64,000 bases of DNA, taken from NCBI GenBank assembly GCA_041650395.1, contig JBAZLG010000002.1, positions 63,050 to 127,049 on the forward strand, written 5' to 3'. The notes under the pieces are model-generated. The model was given only the letters and a program-made list of their open reading frames with translations. It did not search any database and was not told where the DNA came from. Source of the DNA: Candidatus Micrarchaeia archaeon. GTDB taxonomy: Archaea > Micrarchaeota > Micrarchaeia > Anstonellales > VGKX01. Positions 9,130 through 18,121 of the stretch are shown here, piece after piece (the stretch's first letter is position 1; each line of letters opens with the position of its first letter). Both the position numbers and the translations under genes were made by a program.

Positions 9130-11577
9130 TTAGTCCGTGTGGACCATCCTGCCATGCTGGAGGCCGTCGGCAATCTTTGCAAGCCTCTTTAACATGACCT
9201 TTTTCTCGGCGGACGCCACTATCTTCTTGGTGGACTCCACGGCGTCCGGGTTTACCGATACGGATGTTATGCCGAACTCGATGAGCCTCTCCGTGAAGTC
9301 AGGGTAGACGGACGGGCCCTGGCCGCATATGGAGCACGTAACGCCATTGGCATTGCACGACTTTATCACTGTCTCGATTGCCTTGAGGACCGCATGGTTG
9401 CGCTCGTCGAAGCCTTCCGCAAGCGTTGAATTGTCCCTGTCAATGCCGAGGATGAGCTGCGTGAGGTCGTTCGAGCCAATGGACACGCCGTCGATCCCTT
9501 CCTTGCAGAACTCGTCGATGAGGAAGACTGTAGAGGGCACTTCTACCATTATCCAGAGCTTGAAGTCCCTGGTCCTGTGTATCTGGACTTCCTTTAGCAT
9601 GTCCTTTATCGCCCTGATTTCGCCAATCCTCCTCACGAAGGGTATCATCAGGTGGAGGTTTTTCAGCCCGAACTCCTCGCGCACCTTCTTCATGGCCAGA
9701 AGCTCCATCTTGAACACGTCAGGCTCGGAGATGTAGCGGGCGCAGCCCCTGTACCCCATCATGGGGTTTGCCTCCTCCGGCTCGTATTTCTCGCCGCCTT
9801 TGAGGTTCCTGTACTCGTTCGTCTTGAAGTCAGTGGCGCGGTAGACGACCTGCCTCGGGTAGAACGCCTGCGCGAACGTGCGCAGCTTGTCTGCAAGCTT
9901 GTCGATGTATTCCTGCTGGCGCCCCTCCTCTATTATCTTTTTCGGGTGTTCGCCGATGTCCGCTATCATGAATTCCGCGCGAAGCAGGCCAATGCCGTCG
10001 CATGGGAGCTTTGCCACCTTTTCAGCCAGGTCGACCTCGGCGAGGTTCACGTATACCTTTGTGCCCGTGACAGGAGCCTCGGCAGCGACAGCGACCACTG
10101 TCCCCGCCTGCGCCCCGCCCGCCGACGCGGCGGACGCCTGCGCCACCTCGTCTTTGGACTTGAGGTCGGCTACGTTGCCGTCGTAGATTATGCCCCGCGT
10201 GGAGTCCACTGTGACGAACATCCCGTTCTTGAGAAGGTCTGTGGCGCCTTTGGCGCCGACAATGCAGGGTATGCCCATCTCGCGGCTCACGATGGCTGCG
10301 TGGCATGTCCTGCCGCCCGTGTTGGTGACAATGGCTGCGGCCTTTTTCATGGCAGGCACGAAGTCAGGGGTGGTCATGTCGGTTACAAGTATCTCGCCTT
10401 TCTCCATCATGCCTATGTCCTTTGGCGTCGGGATGTACTTGACCTTGCCCTTGCCCACGCCCGGGGACGCACCAAGCCCTTTCAGGATAATCTTCGCCTC
10501 TTCCATTGCCACTGCATCACCACCGATAGTATTAGATTGCGCCATTGCCGCTGCCGGGGCTGCCTCCTGCTCGGCCGCCGGATGTTTCTTAAGCGTAGTA
10601 ACAGGCCTGCTCTGGACTATGTAGAGCTTGCCATTTGCAAAAGCCCATTCCATGTCCTGGGGCTTGCCGTAATGCTCCTCGATCTTCTTGCCGACCTTTG
10701 CCAGTTCGACAATCTCCTGGTCGGATAGCTTCTGCCTGCCCTGCATTTCCTCCTTTATGCGCGCGCGGACGTTCTTCTCGTTTATCTTGACTATCATGAC
10801 GTCCTGCTTGAACACGTCCTTCCTCACTATGGACATGTCGGTCTTGGACACAATGTAATTGTCGGGCGTGACCTCGCCTGAAACCACAAGCTCGCCAAGG
10901 CCGTATGCCGCCTCTATGGATATGTGGTCGTAGTTCTCCTCCACTGGGTCGACAGAGAACATGACGCCAGCCTTTTCCGACTGTATCATTTCCTGCACAA
11001 CGGCCGCGAGGCCAACCTTGAGGTGGTCGAACTTGTTCTCCGTCCTGTAATATATGGAGCGCGGCTCGAAAAGCGACGCCCAGCATTCCTTCACTGCCTG
11101 GACCGTGTTGTCAGGGCTTTTGATGTTGAGATAAGTTGACTGCTGGCCGGCAAACGACGCCTCGGGCAGGTCCTCCGCTGTGGCGGACGAGCGCACGGCG
11201 ACGTATGGCTCGTTGCCTGGGGAGAGCTGTTTGTAGGCCGTCTTTATCTCCTCCTTCATTTCCGCCGGGATTTCGCCAGCGAGCATCCGCGCCTTTACGT
11301 GGTCCGACGCCTTGTTGAGAGCGTCGCTGTTTGAAGTGTCAAGCCCGTCCGTGACGTCCTTTATGACCTTGTCAAGGCCGTTGGCCCTGACGAATTCGAA
11401 ATACGCGTTGGCGGTCACTATGAAGCCTGGCGGGATAGGGAAGCCCGCCTTTGTCATCTCGCCGAGGTTCGCGCCCTTGCCGCCGGCCTCTGCAAGGTTG
11501 TGCTTGTCAATCTCGGAAAACCATTTTACAAATCTCACAAGTATCACCTTTTTTTTGCGTTCAAGCCGCGTTATCAT
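9130..11577 (-). CDS. ppsA: Phosphoenolpyruvate synthase (pyruvate, water dikinase)
   Basis: The 815-aa ORF has the N-terminus VKWFSEIDKHNLAEAGGKGANLGEM, the phosphohistidine motif GGRTCHAAIVSREMGIP and a C-terminal PEP-utilising domain. The start may instead be the GTG at 11538, which is preceded by GGTGAT. Confidence 0.9.
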   Translation of the reverse strand: MITRLERKKKVILVRFVKWFSEIDKHNLAEAGGKGANLGEMTKAGFPIPPGFIVTANAYFEFVRANGLDKVIKDVTDGLDTSNSDALNKASDHVKARMLAGEIPAEMKEEIKTAYKQLSPGNEPYVAVRSSATAEDLPEASFAGQQSTYLNIKSPDNTVQAVKECWASLFEPRSIYYRTENKFDHLKVGLAAVVQEMIQSEKAGVMFSVDPVEENYDHISIEAAYGLGELVVSGEVTPDNYIVSKTDMSIVRKDVFKQDVMIVKINEKNVRARIKEEMQGRQKLSDQEIVELAKVGKKIEEHYGKPQDMEWAFANGKLYIVQSRPVTTLKKHPAAEQEAAPAAAMAQSNTIGGDAVAMEEAKIILKGLGASPGVGKGKVKYIPTPKDIGMMEKGEILVTDMTTPDFVPAMKKAAAIVTNTGGRTCHAAIVSREMGIPCIVGAKGATDLLKNGMFVTVDSTRGIIYDGNVADLKSKDEVAQASAASAGGAQAGTVVAVAAEAPVTGTKVYVNLAEVDLAEKVAKLPCDGIGLLRAEFMIADIGEHPKKIIEEGRQQEYIDKLADKLRTFAQAFYPRQVVYRATDFKTNEYRNLKGGEKYEPEEANPMMGYRGCARYISEPDVFKMELLAMKKVREEFGLKNLHLMIPFVRRIGEIRAIKDMLKEVQIHRTRDFKLWIMVEVPSTVFLIDEFCKEGIDGVSIGSNDLTQLILGIDRDNSTLAEGFDERNHAVLKAIETVIKSCNANGVTCSICGQGPSVYPDFTERLIEFGITSVSVNPDAVESTKKIVASAEKKVMLKRLAKIADGLQHGRMVHTD

Positions 11578-11588
11578 GATTTTTCATT

Positions 11589-12548
11589 TCAGGACGATTC
11601 AAATGCCGATACTCCCGCCTTGACGTCGGAGACATTGCCGTGGAACGAGATTATCGCATAAGCGCCCTGTTGGGACACCTGCGTGTTTCCAAGCAGGCGC
11701 ATTGCGGGCGATTCCGCCCCGTCCTTGGCCTGCACTGCCAGCTGCATCGAGGCGAGGGCCGCCTGTATTTTCCCCACGGCGGCGGAGGATTCGGTTTCGC
11801 CGGGATAGAGTGCATAGCCTGTGCCCGTAACATTGCCCGAGGAGGATATCGAGGCGCCAAGCGCGAAAAAATCGGGCTTGGGGATTGGGCCTGTGCCGCC
11901 GGAGGGTTTAGAGCTGAATGTCACAAACGAGCCCCTGTCTGCGAGCTTGAATGCCTGGGAATTGGAAGCAGTGATAAAGCCCGCCGTGCCGTTCGACACG
12001 TCTATAGCGTCCATGACAGCCTGCGAACTGCCTGCGATGGCTACGCCCGTGCCGAGTATGGCGACAGCTGACGAATTCGTGCCGTTCCCGAATGAATATA
12101 CAGCCACCCCCTTGTAATCGTAGCTCGAGTCAGATATGCTTTTTGCAAGGAAAGTGTTGGCCGAGAAGTTCCCGTCAAGTATGACAAGCCTGTAAGGGCT
12201 GGAGATGGAGCCAGAAGAGCCGGCTGTGGCAAGAGTGACCGAATCTATCATGTTCCTGCTGACTCCGGCAGCCAGGCCGAGGGCCCTGACGTTCTCGTCA
12301 ATCCCGGGGCCGAAGAATTCCGAAACTGCCGAGGAGAAGGCAGGGTCGTCCCTGTACTTGTCGAAATGGACGTAAATAAGTATGTCCGCGCCTGCCGGGG
12401 CGAGCATGTACGACCTCGGGCCGGAATAAGCGGCCTGGGTAGGGGGCAGTTGTGAAGCCGCAGCGCAGCCGAAAATGAACGCGAAAAGCATGGGAAGGGC
12501 TAGAAGCAAGCCGAGGGATTTCAACCTGGTAGTATTTGTGCTGCCCAC
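11589..12548 (-). CDS. Hypothetical secreted lipoprotein
   Basis: The 319-aa ORF has a lipobox-like signal (LKSLGLLLALPMLFAFIFGC). The start is uncertain: GTG at 12548 or TTG at 12524. The TATA-like TTTATATAG at 12571-12580 (minus) lies just upstream. No family recognised. Confidence 0.65.
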   Translation of the reverse strand: MGSTNTTRLKSLGLLLALPMLFAFIFGCAAASQLPPTQAAYSGPRSYMLAPAGADILIYVHFDKYRDDPAFSSAVSEFFGPGIDENVRALGLAAGVSRNMIDSVTLATAGSSGSISSPYRLVILDGNFSANTFLAKSISDSSYDYKGVAVYSFGNGTNSSAVAILGTGVAIAGSSQAVMDAIDVSNGTAGFITASNSQAFKLADRGSFVTFSSKPSGGTGPIPKPDFFALGASISSSGNVTGTGYALYPGETESSAAVGKIQAALASMQLAVQAKDGAESPAMRLLGNTQVSQQGAYAIISFHGNVSDVKAGVSAFESS

Positions 12549-12580
12549 GATTCTTCTTATTTATTCATAAACTATATAAA

Positions 12581-12730
12581 AGAGGGGGCTTTGCCCCCCT
12601 CTACCCCCCCGTATTTATCATTAAGAAGAGGGGGCTTTGCCCCCCTCTACCCCCCCGTATTTATCATTAAGAAGAGGGGGCTTTGCCCCCCTCTACCCCC
12701 CATATTTATCATTAGTAAGAGGGGGCTTTG
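12581..12730. repeat. 46-bp tandem direct repeat, 3 full units plus a partial one, each with a GC hairpin and an AT-rich TATA-like tail
   Basis: Units lie at 12581-12626, 12627-12672 and 12673-12717, with a partial unit at 12718-12730. The unit is AGAGGGGGCTTTGCCCCCCTCTACCCCCCCGTATTTATCATTAAGA, in which AGAGGGGGC and GCCCCCCTCT form a stem. It sits in the divergent intergenic region. Confidence 0.95.
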
Positions 12731-12865
12731 AAGCTGTCCAAATCCACCTAAATTGCGCGTGTTTGCCACCAACCCAACGCCATCAGTCGCGCTTAATAAC
12801 ATGTTATGCCGAATTACTTTAAGGCCACGCGCCAGAAAAAAAGAGCGGTTTGAAACGGTGTAGTC

Positions 12866-13393
12866 ATGAATTGCAAGTCCGGCTTGTTCATAGGCAGATT
12901 CCAGCCTGTCCATAATGGCCACATGGAAGCCATAAAGTTCGCGTGCTCGAAGTGCGAAAAGCTCATAGTGGTGGTGGGCAGCTCGCAAAAGTCCTACGAG
13001 CTTGACGACCCGTTCACCGTGGGCGAGAGGATAGAGATGGTCAGCGACGCCATAGCAGGCGCCGGGCTTTTGGCAAAGTGCAAGGTCCTCTCTGTCCCTG
13101 ACATACAAAACAACGCGTTGTGGGTGGCACACGTGGAATCCCTTGTCCCGCCCTTTGACTCCGTGTTCTCAAACAATTCCCTTGTAAAGACTCTCTTTTC
13201 CGATGCAGGCTACAAGGTGTTCCCGGTCCCCATGGCTAACAGGAAGGAATATGAGGGGACGAAGATTAGGAAGCTCATGCTTGAAGGCAGGGGCATATCA
13301 AAATTAATTCCGCCGCAGGCGCACGCGGTCATTGAGAGGATAGGGGCCACAAAGAGGATGCGCTCGATAGCCGACCTTGGCGAATCAGGATAG
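12866..13393 (+). CDS. nadM: Nicotinamide-nucleotide adenylyltransferase, archaeal type
   Basis: The 175-aa ORF has GLFIGRFQPVHNGH (the HxGH nucleotidyltransferase motif) and VVVGSSQKSYELDDPFTVGERIEM, typical of archaeal NMNAT. Confidence 0.9.
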   Translation: MNCKSGLFIGRFQPVHNGHMEAIKFACSKCEKLIVVVGSSQKSYELDDPFTVGERIEMVSDAIAGAGLLAKCKVLSVPDIQNNALWVAHVESLVPPFDSVFSNNSLVKTLFSDAGYKVFPVPMANRKEYEGTKIRKLMLEGRGISKLIPPQAHAVIERIGATKRMRSIADLGESG

Positions 13394-13401
13394 CTGTTTT
13401 T

Positions 13402-13821
13402 ATGATCAAGACAAAATCCGCAGGCGGCATAGTCATAAGCCCCGCCGGGCTCGTGCTCGTGGTGAACCAGAAGGGCACGTCATGGTCGCTGCCAAAGGGG
13501 CACATTGACCCGGGCGAGGACGAGCTTGCGGCCGCGAAAAGGGAGATATACGAGGAGTCCGGCATCAAGCCCGCAAGCCTCGAATTCCAAGGCGTCCTTG
13601 GCACATATTCGAGGTACAAGATAGGCAAGGACGGCGGCGAGGACAGGGGCGAGCTGAAGGAAATAACAATTCTCCTTTTCAGGACAAGCCAGGGCGAACT
13701 CAAGCCCATAGACCCCGAGAACCCGGAGGCGCGCTGGGTCGAGAAGGAAAAAGTGGCGGGCCTGCTCACCCATCCGAAGGACAAGGAGTTCTACCTTTCA
13801 GCCCTAAAGAAGATAAGATAG
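13402..13821 (+). CDS. NUDIX hydrolase
   Basis: The 139-aa ORF contains a full Nudix box, GHIDPGEDELAAAKREIYEESGI. It starts 8 nt after the nadM stop. Confidence 0.85.
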   Translation: MIKTKSAGGIVISPAGLVLVVNQKGTSWSLPKGHIDPGEDELAAAKREIYEESGIKPASLEFQGVLGTYSRYKIGKDGGEDRGELKEITILLFRTSQGELKPIDPENPEARWVEKEKVAGLLTHPKDKEFYLSALKKIR

Positions 13822-13892
13822 GCGCAAGTGCAAGTATTGTAGATTGCTAGCTTAGCCAAAGCCATGAAAAAACTGGAAAGAAAAGGAAAAAA

Positions 13893-15437
13893 TCAGCCCG
13901 AAAAATTCATGCTCGAATTGTCGGAAGGCGGAATGCCCGCCCCGGGGGCGACTCCAGTGGAGTTCAGCGGCGGCATTGCGGACGGCCCGCTCTCGTTTTG
14001 CATGGCATCAGGCGCGGTGGCATTGCCCGACACATTAGCTGGAATCATGGGCGCATTGTAATCAGTCTGGTTTGAGCCTGCCACAACAGTCCCGTTCATT
14101 GCAGGGGCAGTCTGGTTTGAGGCAGCCATCCTGGCGCTTGATATGTCCACTATTATCCCCGCGACCTCATACGCTGTGATTGTAACCGGCACCATGTCGC
14201 CTGGCGCAAGCTCGCCATCATAGGCGATTGATATGTTTTGTAAGTTGAGCATTGTGGAATACGTGGCATTGCCCGGCCCTGTGACAGTGGCAGGCACGCC
14301 AAGCAGGTAAGTCTGCGAGGCATAGGGCTTTGACTTGACCCCTTTCGAGCCGAGGTAGGCGGAGAGGGCCGTTATTGCCTGCGCCGGGTCAGCCCCTGTC
14401 TCGAACGAGACTGTGGAGGAGGGGAAGCCGGGGCCGTAGGGCGTCAGTTCCCCGACTGCAAGAGTGATGTTGGTGAAATCGTCGCTGACGCCGGCATATG
14501 CCTGCTGGAGGGCGGTTATGTAAGATGGCTTTGCCGCGCTCAAGGCATTGTACTGGTCCTGCGTGAGCCCGGGGTTGAATTCAATGTATGATTTCTTCGA
14601 ATATGATACATTTGACACATTGAACCCGGCCATTGCGTCAATCACGCCCTGCCTTGTCACAAGCGACCTGTCCTGCCACAGTATCGAAGCAGAGACAATG
14701 TCCGACTTCTTTGCGACCACGGGCAGGCTCGTGTCAAGCGTAAGCTGCGTGGGTATGACTGAAATAGTGCCCCATCCAGTCAGGGAATATTCGTTGGTGG
14801 CGCTTCCCTGGACCAGGTCGCCCCTGGCATTGAACGAAACGAGTATCCGCGCGCCCCTGTGTATGGATGGCAGGAGCTGGTATGAGATTGAGGCGGGTAT
14901 CAGGCTGTAGTGCGTGCCATTGTCGTCCACGAGGTCGAGGTTGCCATTGAACTGGATTTGAGCCGGCGCGTAGACAGACACGTTTATGCCGCCGAACTCG
15001 GAGGCGGCCTTTTGCACGTCTGATTCTGACGCGAGGTTGACAAGCATTGTGGAATTGTCCGCATTGACCGCGTAAGTGGCAATGCCCTGGGATATCAGCT
15101 GGTCCTTGATTTCCTGCGCCTTCGCCATGTCAGCGCCTGACACGTACAGCACCGGGTCGTAGGACACCACAGTGCCGTTTGCAGTGATTACGCCAAAGAC
15201 TGTCTGGGGCACGTTGGCAGGCGCCGTGGTGCCGGAATTTCCGGAAGAGTTGCCGTTTGAGAGCCCGCCAAGATAGCCAAGAGAGACCATCTCCAAAACG
15301 AACGCTATGACCATGACAAAAACGAATATCTTTATCGCATTGTCCTTGAGCATTTTCTTGAAATCCGCCCCATCAAATACCTTTAATAGCTTGTCCATGT
15401 CCATAATTAACACCAAAGAATAGTTATCATACTCCAT
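13893..15437 (-). CDS. Hypothetical membrane-anchored extracellular protein
   Basis: The 514-aa ORF has one N-terminal TM helix (IKIFVFVMVIAFVLEMVSLGYLGG), many N-X-S/T sequons and an S/P/N-rich tail. No family recognised. Confidence 0.65.
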   Translation of the reverse strand: MEYDNYSLVLIMDMDKLLKVFDGADFKKMLKDNAIKIFVFVMVIAFVLEMVSLGYLGGLSNGNSSGNSGTTAPANVPQTVFGVITANGTVVSYDPVLYVSGADMAKAQEIKDQLISQGIATYAVNADNSTMLVNLASESDVQKAASEFGGINVSVYAPAQIQFNGNLDLVDDNGTHYSLIPASISYQLLPSIHRGARILVSFNARGDLVQGSATNEYSLTGWGTISVIPTQLTLDTSLPVVAKKSDIVSASILWQDRSLVTRQGVIDAMAGFNVSNVSYSKKSYIEFNPGLTQDQYNALSAAKPSYITALQQAYAGVSDDFTNITLAVGELTPYGPGFPSSTVSFETGADPAQAITALSAYLGSKGVKSKPYASQTYLLGVPATVTGPGNATYSTMLNLQNISIAYDGELAPGDMVPVTITAYEVAGIIVDISSARMAASNQTAPAMNGTVVAGSNQTDYNAPMIPANVSGNATAPDAMQNESGPSAMPPLNSTGVAPGAGIPPSDNSSMNFSG

Positions 15438-15544
15438 AAAACACTGCGAAGGATACTGACTGCTCGGCCTGCTTTTTTCTCATAAAAATCGGGCTTGCAG
15501 GCTTTGATTAGCAATATGCAAATATTTAAACATGGTGATATAGG

Positions 15545-16288
15545 ATGGCATCAGGCAATTCAGCACTTACCCCGAAAACAGGGGATTTTGTCAAGATAAA
15601 CTACACAGGCAGGGTGGCGCAGACAGGCGCGATTTTCGACACTACAAGCCCGGACGACGCCAAGAAGTTCGGCGTGTATGACCCTGAAAAGACATACATG
15701 CCCGCCATAGTGGCGTTTGGCAGGGGCAAGCTCCTCAAAGGCGTCGAGAACACGCTGTCGGAGATGAAGGAAGGCGACCTGAAGGAGGTCATACTAGAGC
15801 CGGCCGACGCGTTTGGCTCCAGGATGAAGGAGCTTGTCAGGGTCGTCCCGATGTCCACGTTCCGCAAGAACGACATCATGCCGTTTCCTGGCCTGATAGT
15901 GGAGCTTGACGGCACGCAGGCGATAGTGAAAAGCGTGAGCGCAGGCAGGATACTTGTGGACTTCAACCATCCGCTTGCGGACGAGGACGTGATTTACACC
16001 ATAAGGCTCGAGAAGGTGTTCCACGAGACCATAGAGAAGGTCGCCGCGCTTATGGAGATGCACCAGATAAAGACGGAGTGCGAGATGGCCGGGGACAAAT
16101 TGAAAGTCAAGTTCATTAACCCCGAGACAAGCCAGGAATACCAGATAAAGCGCTTCCTGTTCCTCGAGAGCATAAAGCAATACGTCCCTGAAATCAAGGG
16201 CTTTGAAATAGACGAGCCAAAGGCGGATGCCAAGAAGGAAGAGGCAAAGCCCGCAGAAGGCAAGGCCGAGCCTGCCAAAAAGCAGTAA
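15545..16288 (+). CDS. FKBP-type peptidyl-prolyl cis-trans isomerase (long archaeal type with insert-in-flap domain)
   Basis: The 247-aa ORF contains FVKINYTGRV...GAIFDTT, GRGKLLKGVENTLSEMKEGD and VDFNHPLA, plus a Lys/Glu/Ala-rich C-terminal tail. Confidence 0.85.
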   Translation: MASGNSALTPKTGDFVKINYTGRVAQTGAIFDTTSPDDAKKFGVYDPEKTYMPAIVAFGRGKLLKGVENTLSEMKEGDLKEVILEPADAFGSRMKELVRVVPMSTFRKNDIMPFPGLIVELDGTQAIVKSVSAGRILVDFNHPLADEDVIYTIRLEKVFHETIEKVAALMEMHQIKTECEMAGDKLKVKFINPETSQEYQIKRFLFLESIKQYVPEIKGFEIDEPKADAKKEEAKPAEGKAEPAKKQ

Positions 16289-16297
16289 AGCGGCCAT

Positions 16298-16325
16298 GGG
16301 GCTTTCCAAAGCCCCCTATTTTTCC
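16298..16325 (+). terminator. Hairpin plus T-run downstream of the FKBP gene
   Basis: GGGGC (16298-16302) pairs with GCCCC (16311-16315) around the loop TTTCCAAA and is followed by TATTTTT. It starts 10 nt after the stop codon. Confidence 0.5.
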
Positions 16326-16373
16326 ATAAAGATTTAATTTGTGGGCTGTGATTCCTTCCTTTGGTAGAAGGAA

Positions 16374-17117
16374 ATGTGCAAAATCTGCGATATTGCCGCG
16401 TCAAGCCCTTATGCCTCCAAGATGGAGGAGTGGGTGAAGCGCGACATTGAAAAAGTCAAAAAGCACAAGGAAAATGGCGGGGAGGCCGAGCTTTGGTCCT
16501 CCCTCAAATGGCCGTTGAGGATGAATTTCCCCATATTCGAGCCGCGCGTGCCCCTTGCTGTGCCGACCAATTATTTCCAGGGGCTCTCCATTGATTCCCA
16601 GATGCAGCCGAAGAAATGGGCGCACGATTGCACGCGCGCCATAGGCTTCAAGTCAGGCAGGCTGGTCGTGATTTCAAAGTTCGCGGCAAAAAGCGGGTTT
16701 GAGGACACGTTCCAGTCATACTACCTGTTCTCCGCCGGGCTGGACGAGATTGAATCGGGCGTGGAGGCCAATGGCTCCATAACAATCAGGCTTGAAAAAG
16801 AGATAAATTTCCAGAACCTCGTAGACGGCAGGATTGAGAAAAAGCAGGCGCATTTCACGTTCTCGCACAAGCCAGTGCAAAACGCCATAGTGTCGCAGGA
16901 GCAGGCGCGGACAAACTCGCGCGTGCAGCAGGTATATGGCAAGGAAGGGTTTTCACTTCCACATTCGGACATTGAGGATTACTTCGTCACTGTCCCGAAC
17001 TTCTTCCCCCACCCCTACCTTCTCGAGCAATACGCCCAGCTTGGCTATGCGTCAAGGCGGGAGTTCCAGATTGCCGGGCCTATAGACTACTTTAAGGCTC
17101 ATTTGAAAAAACAATAG
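16374..17117 (+). CDS. Hypothetical protein
   Basis: A 247-aa ORF with coding-like composition and no recognisable motif. The start may instead be the internal MEEWVKRD. Confidence 0.55.
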   Translation: MCKICDIAASSPYASKMEEWVKRDIEKVKKHKENGGEAELWSSLKWPLRMNFPIFEPRVPLAVPTNYFQGLSIDSQMQPKKWAHDCTRAIGFKSGRLVVISKFAAKSGFEDTFQSYYLFSAGLDEIESGVEANGSITIRLEKEINFQNLVDGRIEKKQAHFTFSHKPVQNAIVSQEQARTNSRVQQVYGKEGFSLPHSDIEDYFVTVPNFFPHPYLLEQYAQLGYASRREFQIAGPIDYFKAHLKKQ

Positions 17118-17227
17118 CCTCCCATGGAAAAAAGCGGGAAATCCCGCAAAAAACAAGCCCGAAAAGGGCAAAAAAACAAAAAAGCCCGGAGAAAAAAACG
17201 GGCAATGAAAGGCAAAAAAACCAATGC

Positions 17228-17410
17228 CTAGAATATGCTCTCAATCCCCTGCACTGCCAGAAGGCGCGGCGCAGGGGCGGTTTTTGATACCTGTTCCCTT
17301 TCAAGGTACGCAAAGCCCCTGTCGGTTGTCAGGGCGACTTCCACCCAGCCCATCTTGCTTGCGATTCTTGCGACCTCGTTTATCGTCAGGTTATTGATTG
17401 ATATTTTCAT
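17228..17410 (-). CDS. Small hypothetical protein (60 aa)
   Basis: The ATG at 17410 is preceded by AGGTGAT 5 nt upstream (a strong SD). It reads MKISINNLTINEVARIASKMGWVEV. Several oligo-T runs lie on the minus strand in 17150-17225, downstream of the stop. Confidence 0.5.
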   Translation of the reverse strand: MKISINNLTINEVARIASKMGWVEVALTTDRGFAYLEREQVSKTAPAPRLLAVQGIESIF

Positions 17411-17537
17411 GCATATCACCTGACAAAAGATGTGCCTGAATCCCCCTATTTAAAGGTTCAAGGCGGCTCTTTTCCAGTGGTGTTATAGAGGGGATGATAT
17501 GAGAGTATTTATATCATTCAAAGGGGAAAGGGATTGC

Positions 17538-18083
17538 ATGGAAAAAACCGGCCCCTGTGCCCCTTCATTGCCGAGAACGGCTGCCATCCTGATTCCTGCA
17601 ATCCTGCTTGCCGTCTTCGCGCTTGCCGGATGCCTTGGGAACAGCCAAAGCCCCGCAGAGGCAGGCATGTTCACTTATCCGAATGCCACTGTTTACATAA
17701 TCAGCACTACGGGCAACTATAATGTCACCGCGCAGGTGGCGGCAACGCAGGAACAGCAGGAGTTCGGCCTGATGTTTCGCGACAGCCTGCCTGAAGGCGC
17801 TGGCATGATATTCCCTTTTTCCTCTCGGGGCAATTACGCGTTTTACATGAAAAACATGAGAATCCCCCTTGACATAATATACGCGGCGCCAGTTGCCGAG
17901 GGATTGAAGGACAACTATGCAGTGGTAAAAGTGACTGAAAACATCCAGCCCTGCTCAAAAGACCCCTGCCCCCTCGACTATTCTGGCGATGGGGTGTCAA
18001 TAGTGCTTGAAGTCCCTGCCGGATACGCGCAGGCGCGAGGGATTGGACCGGGCGATAGGTTAATAGTAACATATTCCAAGTAA
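17538..18083 (+). CDS. DUF192 (COG1430) family protein, lipoprotein-like
   Basis: The sequence EQQEFGLMFRDSLPEGAGMIFPF...YAFYMKNMRIPLDIIY resembles the DUF192 core. I prefer the start MEKTG at 17538, which gives a signal ending in LAGC. Confidence 0.7.
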   Translation: MEKTGPCAPSLPRTAAILIPAILLAVFALAGCLGNSQSPAEAGMFTYPNATVYIISTTGNYNVTAQVAATQEQQEFGLMFRDSLPEGAGMIFPFSSRGNYAFYMKNMRIPLDIIYAAPVAEGLKDNYAVVKVTENIQPCSKDPCPLDYSGDGVSIVLEVPAGYAQARGIGPGDRLIVTYSK

Positions 18084-18121
18084 ATGCTTGTGCATTCCCT
18101 CCAGCAACGCGAATTAAGGGA

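Noticed and set aside
8955-9182. N-terminal extensions in the ORF track (5784-9182, 26828-27454, 27749-29050, 39242-40027, 39717-40742, 44081-47785, 56119-56673, 57254-57781)
   Set aside because: The extensions have non-protein-like composition. They overlap neighbouring genes or promoter regions. They precede internal ATGs that yield proper signal peptides or pilin N-termini, often with a GGTGAT/GGAGG motif upstream.
9652-10728. Long antisense ORFs inside well-supported genes (e.g. 9652-10728, 51847-52929, 847-1548, 61656-62285, 36476-37213, 41575-42213)
   Set aside because: They are Arg/Pro/His/Gly-rich shadow ORFs, typical of the opposite strand of GC-rich coding sequence. Each lies fully within a gene with clear homology or motifs on the other strand.
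12581-12730. Possible mini-CRISPR array (regularly spaced GC-rich palindromic repeats)
   Set aside because: The 46-bp units are contiguous head-to-tail with no unique spacers between them, and no cas genes or leader are nearby. It is a plain tandem repeat.
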